A stretch of DNA of 64,000 nucleotides from contig CAYQJG010000006.1 in the NCBI GenBank assembly GCA_964417715.1, positions 17,420 through 81,419 of the forward strand, read 5' to 3'. The notes beneath the pieces were generated by a model that was given only the letters and a program-made list of their open reading frames with translations, did no database searches and was not told where the DNA came from. Both the position numbers and the translations under genes were made by a program. Origin of the DNA: an uncultured Lentisphaerales bacterium. Lineage in GTDB: Bacteria; Verrucomicrobiota; Kiritimatiellia; RFP12; CAYQJG01. Positions 21,333-29,254 of this stretch are shown piece by piece (within the stretch, counting starts at the first letter, position 1; every line of letters starts with the position of its first letter).

Positions 21333-22136
21333 ATGTGGAGCGACTGTTCAAGCGCGGCGGATGGAGGTACACCCGGAGGCGGACTCACGCTCCGTACGGT
21401 CTGGCATGTCCGCGCCAATAGTGCGTACAACGTGCGCCGGGCGCGAGCGGCGTCAGACGGACTGATCGCACTGCGCACAGTGGCCGGGCGCGGCTGGGTG
21501 GATTGCGGCGCGGGAACCGCCCTGGAGGCGGATAGCGGCACGCTCCTGGTGATGGAGAACGCCCGCATCCATCACTACCGTTGCGCCGGGCGCGCCTGGC
21601 ACTTCTGGTGGTTCGAGTTTGCCGCCGCCACCCCTCTCCCGCTCCGACTGCACCAGAGGCTCGCCGTCACACCCAGGGAAGGCGAACTGCAGTCGCTCCA
21701 GGATGTGTTCGCGAACCTGCGTCGCGAACCGCCGGTGCAACGCAGCCTCGCTTCGGCGGCGTTCGCGCACATGCTGCACCGCTGGGCGGCAGATGCCCAG
21801 TCGCAACTCGTCTGCTCGCCGCACCAGGCGGCAATCACACAGGTGATCGCACAGATGCACACGCGCCCGGATGGCCCCTGGGCCGTGGACGAGATGGCCA
21901 GGACCGCAGGGCTATGCACACGCCGCTTCCGGCAGGTCTTCCGAACGGCCACGGGGCAGTCGCCCAAGCGCTTCCACGACGCCATCCGGCTTGAACTCGG
22001 CCGCCAGTTTCTGCTGGCCACGCCGGCCAAACTGGTCGACATCGCGGAACGGTTGGGATTCTCCAGTGCGTTCCACTTCAGCCGCGCCTTCCACCAGCGC
22101 TATGGCATGCCGCCCAGCGCATGCCGCAACCGGTGA
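21333..22136 (+). CDS. AraC-family transcriptional regulator
   Basis: C-terminal double HTH 'ERLGFSSAFHFSRAFHQRYGMPPS'. The track ORF start (21141) would overlap the divergent gene, so I used the first non-overlapping ATG. Confidence 0.85.
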   Translation: MWSDCSSAADGGTPGGGLTLRTVWHVRANSAYNVRRARAASDGLIALRTVAGRGWVDCGAGTALEADSGTLLVMENARIHHYRCAGRAWHFWWFEFAAATPLPLRLHQRLAVTPREGELQSLQDVFANLRREPPVQRSLASAAFAHMLHRWAADAQSQLVCSPHQAAITQVIAQMHTRPDGPWAVDEMARTAGLCTRRFRQVFRTATGQSPKRFHDAIRLELGRQFLLATPAKLVDIAERLGFSSAFHFSRAFHQRYGMPPSACRNR

Positions 22137-22188
22137 CCGGGCACTCCCACGTTCCTGACCGTCCATTGCATTGCCGACCTGCCGGAAC

Positions 22189-22217
22189 TTGCATCGCGCC
22201 CGCATGCTCGCTATAGT
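22189..22217 (+). promoter_or_regulatory. sigma-70-type promoter candidate (TTGCAT-17 nt-TATAGT)
   Basis: -35 TTGCAT at 22189-22194, a 17-nt spacer, and -10 TATAGT at 22212-22217. A GGAGG Shine-Dalgarno at ~22232 and the ATG at 22244 follow. Confidence 0.5.
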
Positions 22218-22243
22218 ATCGGCACTGTCTCGGAGGCTGCTCT

Positions 22244-22603
22244 ATGAAGATTCCGCTGCAAAAAGACGAACTGCTGGACTTGAATGGCCGGGCAGCCGAA
22301 AACGAACTGCTTGAGAAGGCAATCCGTGGCTGCCAGATGGGTGACTGGAACGCCAAGAGCAGCCTGGCCCGTATCTTCCAGCCTCTGCTGCACACGCTTG
22401 CCGAGAAGCGGGTAGGCGCCGGGCAGACAGCGGAGATCAACAAAGCCATGGAGCGGGGCCGTCAGGGACTCTTCGAGGCGGCGCGCACGTACAAGCCCAA
22501 CATCGGCATTCAGCACTTCCGCGTCTTCGCACTGCCCTACATCGAGAAGCACATGGACGGCCGCAAGAGTTTCTGGGCCCGCCTCTTCGGCTCGAAGTCG
22601 TGA
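22244..22603 (+). CDS. small sigma-70 region-2-like protein (sigma2 domain only)
   Basis: 119 aa. 'AKSSLARIFQPLLHTLAEKR...ERGRQGLFEAARTYKPNIGIQHFRVFALPYIEKHM' follows the region 1.2-2.4 pattern of sigma-70 factors. No region 3 or 4 is present. It has a good SD and promoter and is coupled to trmB by a GTGA overlap. Confidence 0.6.
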   Translation: MKIPLQKDELLDLNGRAAENELLEKAIRGCQMGDWNAKSSLARIFQPLLHTLAEKRVGAGQTAEINKAMERGRQGLFEAARTYKPNIGIQHFRVFALPYIEKHMDGRKSFWARLFGSKS

Positions 22604-23313
22604 CCGAATCCACCCCCCCTGTGGCGGAACACGTCCGCGACGATACGACCGAGCGACAGAAGACGGCACGGCCGGCCACGCGCACGCCGAAAGTGGCGCA
22701 GCCCACCTTTGTCATCGACGTGCCGGATGTCACGGCTTCGCTGCCTTTTGACTCGCTCTTCGATCCGGCCAGACCACTGGAAGTAGATGTCGGCTGCGGC
22801 TTTGGACGCTTCTTGCTGGCTCGTGCGGCGGCGCATCCCGAGCGGCAGTTCCTGGGCATCGACCGTCAACTGGGCCGTATCCGCAAGATCGACCGGAAGC
22901 TCGCGCGGGCGGGTCTAACCCACGTTCGCCTGCTACGACTGGAGGCGTTCTACAGCCTGCAATTCCTGCTGCCGCTCCACCGTGTGCGCACGTTTCACGT
23001 CTATTTCCCGGACCCCTGGCCCAAACGCCGCCACCACCGGCGCCGGCTCTTTTCGGAGGCCTTTCTCGACGTGCTCTGGTCGCGCCTGGAACCCGGTGGG
23101 ACGGTTGAGGTCGCGACGGACCATCTGGACTACTTTGCTGACATCCGCAAGCGCCTGGCGGCCGACGCGCGCTTCCGTGAGGTGCCGCACATGCCGCGCG
23201 GCGAGGCCGAACAGACGGATTTCGAACTCATCTTCCGCCGGCAGGGGCTGCCCGTCGGCGAGTGCGCGTTCATGGCCCTGCCAACGCCTTCCACACCATC
23301 CGCACCCCGGTGA
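22600..23313 (+). CDS. trmB: tRNA (guanine-N7)-methyltransferase
   Basis: 'FLGIDRQ', 'VYFPDPWPKRRHHRRR' and 'ATDHLDYF' are hallmark TrmB motifs. Confidence 0.92.
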   Translation: MTESTPPVAEHVRDDTTERQKTARPATRTPKVAQPTFVIDVPDVTASLPFDSLFDPARPLEVDVGCGFGRFLLARAAAHPERQFLGIDRQLGRIRKIDRKLARAGLTHVRLLRLEAFYSLQFLLPLHRVRTFHVYFPDPWPKRRHHRRRLFSEAFLDVLWSRLEPGGTVEVATDHLDYFADIRKRLAADARFREVPHMPRGEAEQTDFELIFRRQGLPVGECAFMALPTPSTPSAPR

Positions 23314-24160
23314 CAAGCAGCAGCACGTAGATCAGGCGCGTGAACGTCTCGCCACTCATGCGCCGGTTGAGCCACGTGCCGGCCCATACCCCCAGCGGAC
23401 AGAGCGGCACGAAGGCCAGCGACCAGCCTGCCGTCTCCCAACTCAGGTACGCCTTCCCGCCCAGCATCCCGGCCAGAATGAAGAGAGGGACCTTGATGCT
23501 GTTGAACACGAGGTAGTAGCGTGAGGCCGTCCCCACGAAAGGCCTCCGGTCCAGGCGACGGTTCAGCAGGAACATGTCCACCACCGGCCCGGCCGCATGA
23601 GCAAGCATGGTGGTGACACCTGCCACAACGCCAATGGCTGTCCCCGCGACGTAGCCCAACGGTGGCCGCGGAGCCGCCTGTTTGTCGCGTCGCCGGTCGC
23701 CCATCCACCGCCATCCCTTGAGGGCGCAGAACAGCAGCGAGGCGACGCCGATGATCAGACGCAGCCAGAACTCGCCATCCACCCGACCCCGTACGAAGAC
23801 GACCATCAGCCCCAGCCCGATAACCAGACCGACGACTGTTCCGCCGGCCAGCATGCGGAAACTCGGCGGGTCCCATTCCCGGGGGAAGCGCCGGACCGTG
23901 AAGATATCGCACACAATCAGGAGCGGCAGCATGAATGACACGGCCGCCCGCGCGGGCAGCACGGTCAGCATAATCGGCGTGGCGATCACGCCCAGTCCGC
24001 CACCGAATCCGCCCTTGCTGAAGCCGGTCAACAGCGTCGCGACGCCGCCCAGGGCGAAGTAGATCCATGGGGCGACGGCCAGATCAGCGGGAATGAGCCA
24101 TCCGAAGTGCATGCCCGCAGACGATACCCCATCCCGCATGCCAAGACCAGTCTTCAGCAT
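23270..24160 (-). CDS. TauE/SafE-family sulfite/sulfonate exporter-like membrane protein
   Basis: Multi-TM protein with 'GFSKGGFGGGLGVIATPIM' and a repeated second half. The start is uncertain (ATG 24160, 24139 or 24112). Confidence 0.78.
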   Translation of the reverse strand: MLKTGLGMRDGVSSAGMHFGWLIPADLAVAPWIYFALGGVATLLTGFSKGGFGGGLGVIATPIMLTVLPARAAVSFMLPLLIVCDIFTVRRFPREWDPPSFRMLAGGTVVGLVIGLGLMVVFVRGRVDGEFWLRLIIGVASLLFCALKGWRWMGDRRRDKQAAPRPPLGYVAGTAIGVVAGVTTMLAHAAGPVVDMFLLNRRLDRRPFVGTASRYYLVFNSIKVPLFILAGMLGGKAYLSWETAGWSLAFVPLCPLGVWAGTWLNRRMSGETFTRLIYVLLLVTGVRMVWKALAGP

Positions 24161-24233
24161 TCAAATTGCGCCGTCCGTCAGATCCTGCCAGAATGGGCAT
24201 GGTCTGAGAGCCCATTACTGAAAGGACGCCATC

Positions 24234-25352
24234 ATGTTGCCGGTTCACCCCCTGCCGCCCCAGCTGCTTCTCCCTGGCCGCACGCTGGCTGCGATCAGCG
24301 CCAGCCTGAAGATCGGCGCCGAAGGACGTGCATTCGGCAAGCATGGCGTGCTGGTGCATGGACGCTCGCTCGAGCGCGGCGACCACTTGACGGCCATCCT
24401 CGCTGCCGCACCTGGCGACGTCACCATCACGCCGTACCTGCATGCCGGCTCCGAGCCTACGCTGGACGAGGTGGAGCAACTGCGAACCTTTCTTCGAGCC
24501 GCCTCCTGCGACTGGGTCGCCGCCGTCGGCGGCGGCAGTGTCATTGACCTGGCCAAGGCCGCCGCGGGACTCCTGCACGCACCGGAATCCGTCGCGGTCT
24601 ACCAAGCCGGTGCAGCGATTCCACCTGCCACACTGCCGCTCATTGCGGCGCCCACCACGGCCGGCACAGGCTCCGAAGCCACCGTCGTGGCCGTGTTGAC
24701 CGACCCACGCTGCGAACTCAAGCAATCGATCCGGCACCCGTCATTCATGCCACGGGTGGTCATCCTCGACCATCAGTTGCTGTACGCCTGCCCGGCTGCG
24801 ACCCTCGCCGCGTCGGGCATGGATGCGTTTGTGCAGGCATTCGAGTCGTTCACGAGCCGTTACGCCACGCCCTTCACGCGGTCCCTCTCGGAACTGGCGC
24901 TCGTGCGAATCGCGCAAGCGCTCCTGCCCATGTACCGGGGCGACACCTCGCAGGCCGCGGATCTGCTCCAGGGAAGCTACCTCGCCGGGGTGGCCCTATC
25001 CCATGCACGACTGGGCGTCGTGCATGGACTCGCCCATCCGCTGGGCAGCCGCTGGCACGTCGCGCACGGTCTGGCCTGCGCAGTCTGCATGCCGGCGGCG
25101 CTGCGCTTCAACAGTCCGGTGATCGGGGCCGACCTGGCCCATCTCCGTCACGTGCTGGGCCGCGACATCGCGGACATCGTCACTGAGTGGACGCGCGAGA
25201 TGCAACTGGTGTCGCCCTTCACGGGACAGATTATCCGCGATCGCGAGGCCATCATCAAGGAGACGCTCGCCTCCGGCTCCACGGGAGCCAACCCGCGTCC
25301 GGTCGTCGCAGCGGATGTGGAAGCGCTGCTCGCGGAGATCTTCAACGCCTGA
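24234..25352 (+). CDS. iron-containing (group III) alcohol dehydrogenase family protein
   Basis: 'AVGGGSVIDLAKAAA', 'TTAGTGSE', and His-rich metal-site region 'HGLAHPLG'. Confidence 0.88.
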   Translation: MLPVHPLPPQLLLPGRTLAAISASLKIGAEGRAFGKHGVLVHGRSLERGDHLTAILAAAPGDVTITPYLHAGSEPTLDEVEQLRTFLRAASCDWVAAVGGGSVIDLAKAAAGLLHAPESVAVYQAGAAIPPATLPLIAAPTTAGTGSEATVVAVLTDPRCELKQSIRHPSFMPRVVILDHQLLYACPAATLAASGMDAFVQAFESFTSRYATPFTRSLSELALVRIAQALLPMYRGDTSQAADLLQGSYLAGVALSHARLGVVHGLAHPLGSRWHVAHGLACAVCMPAALRFNSPVIGADLAHLRHVLGRDIADIVTEWTREMQLVSPFTGQIIRDREAIIKETLASGSTGANPRPVVAADVEALLAEIFNA

Positions 25353-25364
25353 CACGCTCCGATC

Positions 25365-26192
25365 TCATTTCCTGACGAACGCCATCACCTCGTCCCACCA
25401 GCGACTGTCGGCGTCAGCCGGCCAGTCATTGTGGCCGCAGTTTGGCAGGACCCAGCGTCGCTTCGGCACGCGCAGCGCACCGTACAACGCATCGGCGTGG
25501 CAGCGGGGCACGATGCGGTCGTCCTCCGCGACAACCACGGCCACCGGGCCGCCGTAGGCGTTGGCATGCGCGATGTTGTCGAACCGGTCGCGCAGCAGCA
25601 GCCGAACGGGCAGGAACCAGTAGCGCCGCTGCGCAAGGTGTGTCAACGAATCCCACGGCGTGACCAGCACGAGCCCGTCCACGCCGTTTGTTCCCAACAC
25701 ACCGGCCACAGCTGCCGCCACGCCGGCACCCACTGACTCGCCCAATACGATGGTCGGTTGGCCGAACACCTGCCGCACATGCCGGACAGTCGTCACGCCG
25801 TCCGCGACCAGCGGCGACTCCCCCAGTCTGCCTGATCGGGCGCCGTACGCCGGGTACTCAGCCAGCAACACGCGGAAACCACGTGGTACCAGTGCGGCTG
25901 CGTAGTACGCGCGTGCTGAGGCGTCACCGGCGTTGCCGTGAAACACGACCACGGTTCCCTTCGCCGCGGTGCCGCGGGGTTCGGCCAGGAAACCCGAGTA
26001 TTCGGTCGCGCCGGCGCTCCAGAGCACCAACCCAGCTTCGGCGGCACGACTGCGCGCTGCGGCCGGGGCGTAACGCTCGGGGAAGAAGAGCAGGCGCCGC
26101 TGGAAAACAAATATCCCAACCACGAGGCCCGCATACAGGATGACCAACCTTGCCAGCACACCCCAGGGCTCTCGGGGCCATAGCGCGAGCAT
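25365..26192 (-). CDS. alpha/beta-fold hydrolase
   Basis: N-terminal TM/anchor, 'VVFHGNAG', nucleophile elbow 'GESVGAG', and a C-terminal His region 'CGHNDW'. Confidence 0.8.
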   Translation of the reverse strand: MLALWPREPWGVLARLVILYAGLVVGIFVFQRRLLFFPERYAPAAARSRAAEAGLVLWSAGATEYSGFLAEPRGTAAKGTVVVFHGNAGDASARAYYAAALVPRGFRVLLAEYPAYGARSGRLGESPLVADGVTTVRHVRQVFGQPTIVLGESVGAGVAAAVAGVLGTNGVDGLVLVTPWDSLTHLAQRRYWFLPVRLLLRDRFDNIAHANAYGGPVAVVVAEDDRIVPRCHADALYGALRVPKRRWVLPNCGHNDWPADADSRWWDEVMAFVRK

Positions 26193-26199
26193 GTGTTTC

Positions 26200-27702
26200 T
26201 TACCCTCCGAAGTCGCGCAGATGTCCGACGAGCGACCGGAAGCCGCGCCAGTAGAAGGCCAGATCGGCGAGCGGGTCGCGCGTAGTCAGCAGGCGCCGCA
26301 CGATGGTCTCGGGGTGCATGAAGGCCCGGTAGACGCGGCGCACGGCGCACTTGATCGTCTCTTCCGGCACAGGCGCCTGCATCACAGCGGTACGCATGTC
26401 GTAGTCGTCCCAGTTCTGCGTCAGCAACTGCCCACTGGCCTGTAGCTCACGGAACAGCGGCGTTCCGGGATACGGCACGACCATGGTCACCTGCAGCGTA
26501 TAGGCATGCCCTTTACGAAGGAGCGTGCGGGCAAGCCGCACGGTATTCTCGATCTCGGCTGCACCTTCCCAAGGGTAGCCGAACATGACCGTGACGTGCA
26601 CATCCAGCCCGGCGCGCGCCGCCGCGGCCGCACCCGCGCGGATCTCGTCGACCGTGAGAGCCTTGACCAGCCGGTCGAGCGTTGCCTGGTTCGCAGATTC
26701 AAGACCAAACAGAACGAGACGGAAACCGGCTTGACGCATCAGGCGCGCGTCGTCGGGTGTCAGCCGCCCGAAACGCATGTTGCAGTCGAGGCGCACGCGC
26801 TTGTGGTAGCCCCGCGCAATCATCTCATGACAGAACGTTCTCAGCCACTCCCCCGCTGGGAAGCAGCCGGTGTCGTCCATGATCTCGCGCACACCATAGG
26901 TGTTGATCAGGTGGCCGATCTCATCCACCACCTTGATTGGATCGCGCACGCGATAGGTCGGGTAGAGCGTGGTCCACGAGCAGAAGGTGCACTTGCCGTG
27001 CCAGCAGTCGCGGCCCGCCATGATGTAGGTGCCGGGCGTACGGCGGTAGTTGCCGTTCTTCTCGGCATACAGCCGCCACTGGGTCAGGTCGCGGTCGATC
27101 CAGGGCAGCGCGTTCAGATCATGCTTGAGCTCAAAGTGACCGGTATTGTTGATGGAGTCGCCCGCGCGCCACCAGATACCGGGCTCCAGAGGCGCGCCGT
27201 CGCGCAGATAGGCCAGCAGGTTGATCAGCAGGAAATCGTAATCGCCCCCGGTGAGGACATAGTCGACCGGGCACTGGCCGAAGCTCTCCTCCGGCAGGGC
27301 GGTCACGTGATCGCCCACCAGCACGACACGCGTGTCGGGGCGACGGGCCTTAAGCCGCCTGATGTAGGCCCAGTGCGCCTTGACGACCGGGGTCTTGGTC
27401 TCCAGCAGAACGAGGTCCGGGTTGCACGCATCCAGCCGCCGGTCGAACTCCTCGGGGGTCCATTGCGAGGCAATGCCGTCCAGCCACGTCACCTCGTGCC
27501 CGGCGTCGCGTGCCAGCGTGGCGGCTGTGGCCGGGACTACCGGGTAGATGAACGTCGGCCGGTTGAACCACTGGAATTGCCGGTTCTGCGACAGCAGTGG
27601 CACGCCCTTGGGCGACGGCAGCGGCGGATAGGCGATGGCAACACGCACGCGGATTCTCCTACGATGGACACGCCCGCAGTATAGGCGAGACCGTTCAGCC
27701 AT
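26200..27702 (-). CDS. B12-binding-domain radical SAM protein
   Basis: N-terminal cobalamin-binding-like Rossmann region ('VVLVGDHVT'). The radical SAM core has an unusual 'CWHGKCTFC' (CX4CX2C) motif and 'GLESANQ'. Confidence 0.85.
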   Translation of the reverse strand: MAERSRLYCGRVHRRRIRVRVAIAYPPLPSPKGVPLLSQNRQFQWFNRPTFIYPVVPATAATLARDAGHEVTWLDGIASQWTPEEFDRRLDACNPDLVLLETKTPVVKAHWAYIRRLKARRPDTRVVLVGDHVTALPEESFGQCPVDYVLTGGDYDFLLINLLAYLRDGAPLEPGIWWRAGDSINNTGHFELKHDLNALPWIDRDLTQWRLYAEKNGNYRRTPGTYIMAGRDCWHGKCTFCSWTTLYPTYRVRDPIKVVDEIGHLINTYGVREIMDDTGCFPAGEWLRTFCHEMIARGYHKRVRLDCNMRFGRLTPDDARLMRQAGFRLVLFGLESANQATLDRLVKALTVDEIRAGAAAAARAGLDVHVTVMFGYPWEGAAEIENTVRLARTLLRKGHAYTLQVTMVVPYPGTPLFRELQASGQLLTQNWDDYDMRTAVMQAPVPEETIKCAVRRVYRAFMHPETIVRRLLTTRDPLADLAFYWRGFRSLVGHLRDFGG

Positions 27703-27720
27703 GGAAACGTGAAAACCCGA

Positions 27721-28572
27721 TTATCTGCCGCCGGTTAGGATCGCATTGTCGATCAGACGCGTCTTGCCTGAGTAGGCCGCGATCAAGGCCACACAGCCTA
27801 CTCTCAGCTCATCCACCGGAGTCAGCGTGTCGCCATCCACAATCTCAACGTAGTCCACGCGCAGCCCGTAATCGCCCTCGAGCCGGGCCAGCATCCGCCC
27901 ACGCACGGCAGCAGTGTCGCGTTCGCCTGCAGCCAGGGACTCCTGCGCCAGCCGCAAGGCCTGGCTCAGTCCCAACCCACGACGACGCTCGTCGGCCGAG
28001 AGATACGCGTTGCGTGAACTCAGCGCCAGCCCGTCGCAATCGCGCAGAATCGGGGCAACGACGATCCGAACGGGGAAGTTGAGGTCCCGCACCATGCGCC
28101 GGATGATCGCCACCTGCTGGTAGTCCTTCTGACCGAACACGGCAACTTCCGGCATGACGAGATTGAACAGCTTGGCAACCACCGTGCAGACACCTCGAAA
28201 ATGGCCCGGACGCGACGCGCCGCACAGGTTCTGCCCCAAGGACTCCTCCACAACATACACGCTGGCCTCGGTCGCATACATCTCGGACGGCGGCGGCAGA
28301 AAGACGACGTCCACGCCGGCGGAGCGGCACATTTCCAGGTCACGGGCCTCGTCGCGCGGGTACTTGCTGAAGTCCTCTGTCGGCCCGAACTGTGTCGGGT
28401 TGACGAAGATGCTCATCACCGTCACATCGGTCTCATCGCGCGCGAGCCTCACCAGCGAAAGGTGACCGGCATGCAGGAATCCCATCGTCGGGACGAACCC
28501 CACGCGCAACCCCTGCCGGCGCTGCTTCAGCGCCCATGCCTGCATCTCACCGGCTGTCTGGATAACCTTCAT
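27721..28572 (-). CDS. panC: pantoate--beta-alanine ligase
   Basis: 'GFVPTMGFLHAGHLSL' HIGH-type motif, 'FVNPTQF', 'FGQKDYQQ'. Confidence 0.95.
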   Translation of the reverse strand: MKVIQTAGEMQAWALKQRRQGLRVGFVPTMGFLHAGHLSLVRLARDETDVTVMSIFVNPTQFGPTEDFSKYPRDEARDLEMCRSAGVDVVFLPPPSEMYATEASVYVVEESLGQNLCGASRPGHFRGVCTVVAKLFNLVMPEVAVFGQKDYQQVAIIRRMVRDLNFPVRIVVAPILRDCDGLALSSRNAYLSADERRRGLGLSQALRLAQESLAAGERDTAAVRGRMLARLEGDYGLRVDYVEIVDGDTLTPVDELRVGCVALIAAYSGKTRLIDNAILTGGR

Positions 28573-28594
28573 GCACTCGCCCCCACTTGCGCCT

Positions 28595-29026
28595 TCACCC
28601 GGGATCGATCGTCAGCCGCACCGCACGCACGCGCGCATCACCAGCGAACTGCCGCACCGCCCGTTCGATGACCGGCAGGTGCTGGCGACGGATCTCATAG
28701 AGCCGCATGCTGTTCGCCACATAGACGTACAGGATATGGCCATCCCACTTGCCGGGTCGAGTCGCCTTCGCCAACTCCACCGGCAGCAGACTGGGCCAGG
28801 CGTCAGCCAGTTGCTCCAGCCACGGGCTGGCCTCGACGCCCAGCCGTTTGAGCAGCCTCTCGACCACACGGTCCAGCCGCACCGGCTCGCGCCGGGTCTC
28901 GGGCGGATCGGCATCAAGCGGCAGTTCGGTCCCACCGGCAGCAGGCTGGGAAGGCGCGGCGGCCGGGTCTTCTGTTACCGGAGCTTCCAGAAAAGCGGCA
29001 TTCGGGATAGCCTGACGTGTCGCCAT
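28595..29026 (-). CDS. DUF721 (DciA-like) domain protein
   Basis: C-terminal 'GHILYVYVANSMRLYEIRRQHLPVIERAV' resembles the DUF721/DciA pattern. Confidence 0.65.
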   Translation of the reverse strand: MATRQAIPNAAFLEAPVTEDPAAAPSQPAAGGTELPLDADPPETRREPVRLDRVVERLLKRLGVEASPWLEQLADAWPSLLPVELAKATRPGKWDGHILYVYVANSMRLYEIRRQHLPVIERAVRQFAGDARVRAVRLTIDPG

Positions 29027-29153
29027 GGCAAGACGTTACCAGAGCGACGCCCCCCGACAAAGCGCGAACTGAACGCGTGCCGTCTACTCGCGCAGCTTCT
29101 GCCCCTGCACCAAGTCAGGTGAAACACGATCCGTTCGCGGGCCCACGGCGGTC

Positions 29154-29196
29154 AGGAAAAGACCGAAGATGCGACGCAATCGCGCCGCATCTTCGG
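29154..29196 (-). terminator. intrinsic terminator candidate downstream of kamA
   Basis: Perfect 11-bp stem CCGAAGATGCG / CGCATCTTCGG (29163-29173 / 29186-29196) with a 12-nt loop, followed on the minus strand by UCCUUUUCCU. Confidence 0.55.
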
Positions 29197-29254
29197 ACGT
29201 GGCAACTGCCGGCCCGGCGCCGGGAAGCCCAAGCCAAGGCCGGTGCCTCGGCGC

